DNA of 64,000 bases from Octopus vulgaris (taxonomy: Eukaryota): NCBI GenBank assembly GCA_951406725.2, contig OX597826.1, positions 51,274,001 to 51,338,000 of the forward strand, written 5' to 3'. Within the stretch, counting starts at the first letter, position 1. Every line of letters starts with the position of its first letter. The notes beneath the pieces are model-generated. The model had not been told where the DNA came from. It did no database searches and saw only the letters and a list, made by a program, of their open reading frames with translations. The position numbers and the translations under genes are program-made. This document shows, piece by piece, positions 54,691 to 64,000 of this stretch.

Positions 54691-55247
54691 AATCTTAATC
54701 GTAGAGAAAAGGAGTGAAGCGATAGAGGCAGGAAAAGGAAAGCCTCAGTCATTTAAAAGGACAATTAGACTGAAATACGACCGATCTTTTCTAGATTCTT
54801 TACATTTAAGAATGAAGAAGAGTGAAAGTATTTCAGGTGTTTAGGTTTTCATTTTGGGAATTCTAGAAAGTTCAAGTGTTAGTTCTCTCTTCTTATTTCG
54901 ACCCCAGTACTTATTGGCGTTGTTTGATAATTCCTCATGTCTTTTAGTCGGGAGGAAAGACCATGATTTTTTTCAGGCACGTTTAACGTTTTCTATACAA
55001 ACTACAAAGAAGCCGCCTTCCCCTTTTTCATACAAAAACTAATGCAAATTATGAAAGGGGTATAGTTGTAAAAAGAACTCAGAAAAATGGGTAATACTCC
55101 CTACAAAATGGGTGGGGGATAAAAGTCAGCAACAGGTGGCTATACACGAAATTCAGCCCTATGTCTTATAGAGTGTCTTGTACTATAGCCTCCAGCCGAC
55201 CAATGCCTTGTGAGTGGATTTGGTAGAGAAGGTGAAAGAAGCCCGTC

Positions 55248-55295
<48 letters not shown>

Positions 55296-55298
<3 letters not shown>

Positions 55299-55803
55299 CA
55301 TATCAAAGGGAAATGGAAATGAATTAAAATTTACATTTCCAGTGGTCTAACGTGTAAAAATTTAGTCCAAAAGACTATGTATTAGTCATAAGATACAGTG
55401 TACATTTAAACACATGAGGAATGCACTCATAGGATTCAAAACGCTAGAAAGAACAGCTAGGTTCTATAACCACAAAATTAGGGATAAAATTCGACAGGAA
55501 CGAAATGAAAAATAAAAACATTTTACCATCTAGTTTCCTGGACCAATTGGTTTCTGATTTTAGTTTAGCGAGTAAATGAATAACATATACACTCGCCAGG
55601 TGCAATCGTCTTCAGCAGGAACACGTAGGGTTAAACGTATACACACGAGGCGATCAAACTACGTGGCCCATGTTTACACATTCTAACTTTTTTAACATCT
55701 ACTGCGCAGCCGCAGTCCTTCGCCAGCAATAAAAAAATGCCAACTTTTAAAAACCGAAAATTATCCAAAAACTTACAATATTTAATCATATCAAAGAGGA
55801 ATG
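55296..55803 (-). mobile_element. Hammerhead retrozyme-like unit, family 3 (488-nt period), adjacent to (TA)n
   Basis: Terminal redundancy AATCATATCAAAG.G.AATG at 55296 and 55784, with a central hammerhead. Confidence 0.7.
55535..55621 (-). ncRNA. Type I hammerhead ribozyme with intact core and extended stem II
   Basis: Reverse complement TTCCTG-CTGAAGA-C GATT...TGGCGAGT..ACTCGCTA...AATC A-GAAA-CCAATTGG-TC-CAGGAA. GUC cleavage predicted between 55541 and 55540. Confidence 0.82.
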
Positions 55804-55985
55804 CCAGAATTGATAGCGTTTCTTCACGGTCTTTACGTTTTGAGTTCAAATTCCATCGCGTCCAACTTTGCCTTTCCTCCTTTTGGAGTCGATAAGATAC
55901 AGTAACAATCAAGTTCTGGGTTGGATATAATCAATTAATCCCTTCTTAAATTTCAAGCTTTGTGCCTATATCAGAAAGCGTTATT
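55804..55985 (+). mobile_element. SINE family B, diverged/partial
   Basis: GAGTTCAAATTCC...CTTTGCCTTTC. Confidence 0.7.
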
Positions 55986-57000
55986 ATTATTTGTCTTGAT
56001 TTTACTTTAATTTGCACTAATTGCACCCAAGTCTCAATCAGAGACGTGAAGGGACTCAAGGCACCCCAAGTCTCAAAGTCTGCTCGGACAGGGCAGACTT
56101 AGAGCTAAACAACAACACTATTTGCATCAGTAGCAGCAGCTGCAAAAACAACTTGCCACAAAAATGCATTGAGTCGAAGCATAATATGAAGATAAGGCAA
56201 CGGAAAAATTTCCAGTTGAAAAACTGGAGGTCACGTTGTTAAACATGAAGATGGCGAGCTTGATGTAAGGTCGAATTTTTGAAACCATTATTGTTATATA
56301 TCTAAACATTCCATGACAAATTCCCATCACCCTATACATAAACTTAATTTAATATTTATTAGTAATGGAATAATAAACTAATTTCTCTTCTAATATTGAT
56401 CTTCGATTTTTCCCGATAAGATAACTCAATCATTCCTTTCATTTAAATGCGGATTCTACATAAATTAAAAAATATTAAGGAAAATCTCCATATATCTAAA
56501 TATAACATCTCGTTTGCAGGAATGGCTTTATTAGAAGTCATTAATAAATTGCTTTTTATTTAATATTAGAAATTTATTTGTAGTTTTAAAATCAATTGGT
56601 GTTTCATGAGTTTTTCTCCATGGCTATTAAGTAAATGAAGCATAAAGACAGATATTAATTAAGCATGTATAAAATAGTGGCGATATTTTACTATCACTTA
56701 GCAATTAGTCGGATTGCAGAAGGCTGAATTTAATGCTGATCTAGAAAGTCAAATTCTGAATTTCGAGATATCGAGATATCATATATTCACTTTACTCTAT
56801 AAACGGGTTTTAGGTATTAGCTACTGGCCATACTGAGGCAGCACTATCAAAGATTTTAGTAAATCACATTAATCCCAACACTTGAGCCTGACACTTATTT
56901 GGCCATTCTCTATTCCTCGAAAAGCTAAGTTATAACAGTTAAAGCGGCAGAACATAAATAACAGCACCAGATTCAGATTGGTGTAATCATAAACACAGAC

Positions 57001-57002
<2 letters not shown>

Positions 57003-57083
<81 letters not shown>

Positions 57084-57091
57084 TACACACA

Positions 57092-57153
<62 letters not shown>

Positions 57154-57166
57154 CACGCACACACAC
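57003..57166. repeat. (CA)n microsatellite
   Basis: Read directly. Confidence 0.97.
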
Positions 57167-57922
57167 AAAATACCACATTGTCCTTTCAACTGATAGTTGT
57201 CTCCTTAGAAATTGTGACTTCCATCCTTAGAACTCCAACGTTTGATTTAAGCGACATTTAGCTGTTGTTTCTACCAGGTTGAGCAACCCTACACTGGATC
57301 GTCACCGAATCGTAAAATGGCGCGATTTGCAGGTTAAATCTAGCTAGTAACGATTGTAGGTGAACATGTGTGTGTATAAAGATGTGTTACTGATAGCAAG
57401 GAAAGATTCAACGATAAGTGAGAGCTTGGCTACTAAAGATGAATATGCAAACATATTAAAGTTATCATAACGATCTTAAATGAGCTACAGCTCGTTCACC
57501 CTTAAACTGCATTCATCCGTAGGGTTTCATATTAAACGTTCGGCAAGTTATCGATTGACCATCAGTTTAGTCCATTTTATAAATTACATCAAATGAGACG
57601 TGAAGTATGCAGTAATCAATTAATATAAATATGTTTATATGCACATTAGATAGAGTAGGGCTTGCATTTATGGGTGCAAAGATTGATTTGATTTAGATTT
57701 AAGAATTTTGCATCGTAACCTTGTATTTCTGAGGCCGATTCAAATCCTCGAGGGTCTTGAGAAAGTGTGTTTTTATCGTATATATGTTGAATATAGCCTC
57801 GGATTGAACTTTCTTCAGTGGAATTTCTTAAACGGAAATGTATAAAGACTTATTGTACATGTATGTATGTATGTATGTATGTATGTACGTATGTATGTAT
57901 GTATGTATGCATTCATGTATCT

Positions 57923-58382
57923 CATTATTCAGTTTTATTTCATGATTTCTTGCCAATAGAGAAAGAGTCGGTTTAAATGCAGTTTCAACGTAAACGGTAT
58001 TTTTGTATGTATGTATGTACGCATGTATATGTGCAGATTTGCATGTTTCGTTTTATGTATATATTCTCATATATATACATGTCTAGACATGCTCATATAT
58101 ACTTAAATGAAAAATTTCTCGTATGCCTTACAGATTTTTACAGTTCTAGTGATGGCTTTGATCTGTAGTCTTCGAACCAGCTTTCTCTTTTCTGGTTTTG
58201 AAAAGCCTAATTTCTCAAGATTGGTGTTTAGGCCGTGTGTTACATATAACAGTGCCCCAATGATTACAGGTATAAACACGAACTTGTAATCTGGATAGAG
58301 TAGCTCTAGATTCCTCAATTGTTCAGGATAGGTATATTCTTTTTAGCTGATCTTTATCTCTTTGTTAATATCCACTGGGCAG
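57923..58382 (-). mobile_element. R4/Dong-like RLE LINE 3' end inserted in (CATA)n
   Basis: LRNLELLYPDYKFVFIPVIIGAL...RRLQIKAITRTVKICK plus a 3' UTR shared with 5389-5617; (TATG)n on both sides. Confidence 0.82.
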
Positions 58383-58527
58383 ATGTATGTATGCATGTAT
58401 GTAATATATATATATATATATATCTCTTTTACTCTTTTACTTGTTTCAGCCATCCGGCTGAGGCCATGCTGGGGCACCGCCCTTATATATATATATATAA
58501 ACATATACACACACATACATATATATA

Positions 58528-58571
<44 letters not shown>

Positions 58572-58596
58572 GCATATATACGCACGCACACACGCA

Positions 58597-59420
58597 CTTG
58601 AGGTGCATTCCAGAAGGTTTGAGACATTTTTAGGAGAAGCAGTTATAACTGCTCTAGAGTACGGTAATGTTAGTATATCATTACAATACATCTAATTAGC
58701 TGATCCGACACCTTTATTGAAATTCCAGATTGAAGGAGACAGCAGTAACAGAACTTGGAAAGCACCCTGCTAAACACTACTTGTTACATTTGACTAGTTT
58801 CTAGAATGCAGTCGGGATGCGAAGACAATTTTTGAGCGCACTACGCAATATAGTTTTGTGTCAATCTAGGAAAAGCTGCTACAGACACTTATAAAACGCT
58901 CCAGACGGCTTATGGATTAACTAAGACTAAAGGCCAGGTAAAGCAAAGCAAGTCTACTGGGAAGCTTATAATGATCCCTTCTTTCGACAGTAAGGGCATA
59001 ATCTACGTCCCATATGTTCCCTATGGCTAGAAGGTCAACAGTAAGTACTTTGCGGAGGTTTTGAGGAATTTCAGGAAGAGATTTCGTTGCAAAAGGCCAA
59101 AGCACCAGCATCAGTCCAAATTTCCATCCTAGTAACCAAATATTTGACTGATGTGGGCATCAAATAAATCCTTCACTCTCCTTACAGCCCAGACTTTGCT
59201 TTGTGTGACTTTTGGTTGTTAGCCAAGCTGAAGGCGAAGATGAGGGAGGCTGCGACAAGTGTCCTGGACACCTCGCCTTTGGAGAACTTCCACGGAGCCT
59301 TCACAAAGTAGCTGGAGCGCTACGACAAGTGACCTTAAGAGATTCCAACTTTGAAGTAGATTAGGGTTATGCACTTCTTTAAATGAAAAAAGGCACAAAA
59401 TTTCTGGAATGCATTTTGTA
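58597..59420 (+). mobile_element. Internally deleted mariner (irritans-like) with TIRs
   Basis: TIRs GAGGTGCATTCCAGAA and TTCTGGAATGCATTTT. Remnants YAI*FCVNLGKAATDTYKTLQTAYG and HSPYSPDFALCDFWL. Confidence 0.85.
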
Positions 59421-59669
59421 TATGTATGTATGCACATATGTATGTAAGCATGTATGTATGTATGTATGTATGTATGTATGTATGTATGTATGTATGTATG
59501 TATGTATGTATGTATGTATGTATGTATGTATGTATCTATATACATATATATATATATGTATGTATATCTATCTATATATATATATATATATATATAAATA
59601 TACATGAATACATACATACATAAAAACATGCATATACACACATACGCGCACACGCAAACACACCTGCAT

Positions 59670-59700
<31 letters not shown>

Positions 59701-60474
59701 TATATATATACATACACCATAAGAATTAAAATGAATCATGATCTTAAAATAATGTTGCAGAGTTAGTGACCCGCAAACTTCTTGCTTATTAAATAAATTA
59801 ATCAAATTCACTAGATACACGAGACAGATGAATCGAATATGAGTATCATAATGGCATTAACGTATAAGGTTTTTGAATGTGATTGCTAATGAAGGTTAAT
59901 AAGCTAGAAACGGTTGACCAAAATATACCTTTCACTAAGGTTATATCTTGGTTGGCAGTATCGAGGAACTACAACAGAATAATAATGTCTATTGAATGGT
60001 TTCGTGTACTTCAATATATGTTTAAGCTGGTTAAATACATTTTTCTATTACATTTACCAAAACTCTCCCTTGTGAGCTAATTGCGAGTATTAGCCTTACT
60101 GTTATATATTATTTGGAACTAATGAGATGACAAATCGATTCTTTAGCATAGCCAAGTATATAAAAGGTTTCATTTTGGTCTCATCGAAGAGATATTATTT
60201 TCACAGTGACAATGTGTTATTCTTATCTTACAACACAACGAGGTTAATACCATCAGCCAATCGCCTTTACATTTTGATTGATTTCGCTAGGCTAAAAGCC
60301 AATCTTCGCAACTGAGGGGTTTATTATATTGTGTTAATAAAAAAATCATTATTGGTATAAATATATGAACAAGTGAGCTTTTACCAGTTATTTGATCTAC
60401 TAGATGCAGCTCTCAGATCATTAAATCACGCAATATCATTTCTTTTTAAAAATTAAAGTACATTGAATCTAAAT

Positions 60475-60760
60475 CAGTGCTTTCCAAACTTTTTCGGGTT
60501 GCCACCAACTTGGCTCTCGGGTCGCATTCCTAGCGCACCGAATTCATTATCACAAATACAGACCAGTTTCTGAAGCAAATTCAAAACAACTATTTATTTC
60601 ACAAATAAAACTTAACGTAATTATCTCGTTATTTTGTTGTTTTTAGATCCATCGTCTCCTTATGGTCACACCGGTATCGTCCCACTTTTATTCAACGCTC
60701 CCTCCACCGATCTTTCTACCCCCAAGGAAGAGTAATACCGCACACTTTGGGAAATCATTG
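60475..60760. mobile_element. hAT/Charlie-type MITE
   Basis: TIRs CAGTGCTTTCCAAA and TTTGGGAAATCATTG. 8-bp TSD ATCTAAAT/ATCTAGAT fits the NTCTAGAN preference. Confidence 0.85.
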
Positions 60761-61635
60761 ATCTAGATAAACAAAGTATTTAAGGCTTTGGCTGACTTTT
60801 CCTTCATTATATATCTAGATCTCGTTCTCTTGAGGTTGACTTGGAGCTAAAAGGACATCAACACACGACATTCATTTTATTGTCTATGAGGGAGACAACA
60901 AATAAAGTTAAAATATCATAGAAATCAGGAGAGTAAAGGTTCGAATTTCAGGCTATTAAAGCATCTATCACTGCATTTAAGTATTACCTCAACCATCATT
61001 CATCCATCCGTGCACTTAGATATGAGATTTATCCATTAAATCTCATCATGTACTAAAATGGTTTTCGATTTTTATAATTTGTATTTTCAGCTGAATATTC
61101 GGAATGTTCCATATATTTTATCATTTACGCTTTTAAACTTTGACTCTTTCACATCTATTACAGCGAGTCTATGATTTCTTTTCTATAATCATTATATATC
61201 GTAATGTTACTGAAACAAGCCTTCAAAGTAGCAATTTACTAGTTTTCACATGTAATGTAGTTTTAGTTGCTCTATTCTATTATGTGTTACAGACAATGGT
61301 TTAGAATTAATGTTAACAGTGTGAGCGAGGGACATAACGAAGTGCATGACGGGAACGAACAGAAAAACATTATGGACAGAAATTCAAATTTCAGAAAAAT
61401 GAAAAACTAAGACACGCATCCATACATACGTATACACAGACATCCACTCATGCATGCATATGCATATATATACACACACAAAAACAAACACTATCAAACT
61501 AAAGAACGTAGGAACTGCTTCATGATAGACACGTTCGTTCGTTATGGTAGGAAAAATAGCTAATCTGCATCGAATCGGAGCCTAATGTCATAGAAGAAGA
61601 AACACTTGATGTAAGAAATAGACTACTTTATATAT

Positions 61636-62043
61636 CTCTTTACTCTTTTACTCGTTTCAGTCATGTGGCTGTGGCCATGCAGGAGCATCGCCTTTAGTCG
61701 AGCAAATTGACCCCAGGACTTATTCTTTCTAAGCCTAGTACTTATTCTATCTGTCTCTTTTGCCGAACCGCTAGGTTACGGAGACGTTAACACACTAGAA
61801 TCGGTTGTCAAGCGATGTTGGGGGTGGGTGGGACACAGACACAAACATATACACACACATACATAAATATACATATATACGACGGGTTTCTTTCAGATTC
61901 CGTCTACCAAATCCACTCACAAGGCTTTGGTCGGCCCGAGGCCATAATAGAAGGCACTTGCCCAAGGTGCCACGCAGTGGGACTGAACCCGGAACCATGT
62001 GGTTCGTAAGCAAGCTACTTACCACACAGCCACTCCTACGCCT
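61636..62043 (-). mobile_element. SINE family A, full length
   Basis: Reverse complement of the 12755 copy. Confidence 0.92.
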
Positions 62044-62396
62044 ATATCTATATACTTTTCTGTACATCCGTCTTCCTCTAGATACAATATTTCAGAACCC
62101 AAATTGGTATGGTCTTGGGAGGAAGGATTCTATCTCATCTCTTCTCGAGCAGGTCTGATTAGCTAAAGAACAACAACTAAAAACACAGCCTGTCACACAC
62201 ATACACACGTGTGCTCAAAATATAAACGTTCATTAATACATGCACATATACATATTGGTATGTATAGACGCATGTCTGGGCGCAAGGAAGACACGTACGA
62301 GGTTCGATGTTTGTCCTCTCCCGTAGTTATCTCACAATTAATCAACTCAGTAATTCAATAATTGGTAATTCTTCCAATCTCACTCACTGAAGGAAC

Positions 62397-62815
62397 ATTT
62401 TACTCTTTACTCTCTCTTTTACTGGTTTCAGTCATTTGACTGTGGCCATGCTGGAGCACCGCCTTTAGTCGAGCAAATCGACCACAGGACTTATTCTTTG
62501 TAAGCCCAGTACTTATTCTATCGGTCTCTTTTTGCGAACTGCTAAGTTACAGGGACGTAAATACACCAGCATCGGTTGTCAAGCGGGAAACAAACACAGA
62601 CTTACAAACACACACACACACACACATACATACACATATACACACACATATACATATATATATATATATATATACATATATACGACGAGCTTCTTACAGT
62701 TTCCGTCTACCAAATCCACTCACAAGGCTTTGGTCGGCCCGAGGCTATAGTAGAAAACACTTGCCCAAAGTGCCTACGCAGTGGGACTGAACCCGGAACC
62801 ATGTGGTTCATAAGC
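62397..62815 (-). mobile_element. SINE family A, slightly 5'-truncated
   Basis: Tail, internal microsatellite and body. Confidence 0.9.
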
Positions 62816-64000
62816 ATGTTCAAATTTGCTGATATATTCATTTCGTATTTAAATTAACCATGGCAAAATCTTGTTGCAATCAAATAAGGCTACAGACGTC
62901 CACACGAAGAAGTGCGAAGAATTCAAGGACAATATAGAAAAGTAAACATAATCTTAATAGCTTTCGTTGTAAAATAAATTGAATTTGTAAAGAACATTTT
63001 CCTTGGAACGAAATAATCGCCGTACAAAGGTAATAAATCCCTCAAGTTACATAAAGAGAATGAACGGTCTCATTCACATAGAGTTAAATTATTTCACGAC
63101 GGAATATATTCGCCAATAGACAACGTTCCTTGAAAGTAAAAAGGAGAATGCCGAATGCAAGTATATTCCTAAAATTTAGTGCACTGCATCTATAATACTA
63201 AACGAAGATATTTCAATAAATGTAAGAGACATTCTAAAAACAGCTATAGCACTATACGCGACAACACACACTCCGCATGTAGCTATGGCTATGATACTTT
63301 GTGTATCATGAATGAAAAGGGCAAAGAATATAAACAATTGTTATTTATTCTCAGCGAAATAATGTTTCAGGAGAATATTGATTCTTTTCTAATCCTATGA
63401 CTGCAAGGCAGAGCATATTTAACTTGCATTGATAGGAGACCTACAGTGCTGACATTGACCGTGATTAATGTAGAGAATAAAATATTAACAACAGAATAAT
63501 GCTATTTTACTTTTTAAAATAAACGTCTTTTTATCACAAATGTTTCACAGTGCTGGGGAGGTACTAAAAAAGTATAGAAAGAATTAAAATGTCATCAGGG
63601 ATTTGACAAACAGTGAGAAACGATGTTAGATACACGGAAAAACCAATATGCAGGTAACGAAACATAAAATATAAATTAATGAATAGATTTACTTTCCATA
63701 AGAAAATTTGAAGAATAAAATAGACAAAAAAAAAAGAAAGAACTCATGAATAGAGAAGTGAATGGCCGGAAGAAATATAATTTACAACAAGAAATGCGTA
63801 GTGCAATCGAAATAAAATAGTAGTCCACAAATCATGAGAGGCAACAAAAATTCGTAATTACTTTGCAAGAAAATATTCGTTCTGGAGAAAATTCTGGAAA
63901 TAGAAAAAGAAATTTAACATGTATACTGTGTGTCTTGAAGACACCTGAAAGAGGTACAGCTATTGGTATCCTTGAATCAGCAAAAAAAAAAAAACCAGGA

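Overview
AT-rich eukaryotic DNA dense in microsatellites, most likely an octopus or other coleoid cephalopod intron or intergenic region (inferred from the tRNA-SINE families and microsatellite load). I found no recognisable host protein-coding gene, and nearly all listed ORFs are microsatellite or SINE artefacts. The window contains many tRNA-derived SINEs (at least 4 families), an RTE LINE 3' end, several R4/Dong-like RLE-LINE fragments in (TAA)n or (CATA)n tracts, three decayed mariner transposons, a hAT/Charlie MITE and several foldback elements. The main hidden signal is a set of 9 minimal type-I hammerhead ribozyme motifs at 7 loci (core CUGANGA...GAAA...UH, most with palindromic stem III). 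Four loci are non-coding units of about 350-490 nt (a fifth is a deleted 274-nt copy), mostly with terminal redundancy and, in one family, 5' inverted copies; most lie beside TA/CA microsatellites. These look like several families of retrozyme-like or Penelope pLTR-like ribozyme retroelements. One family occurs three times with covarying helices. All folds were worked out by eye; activity and novelty are untested.
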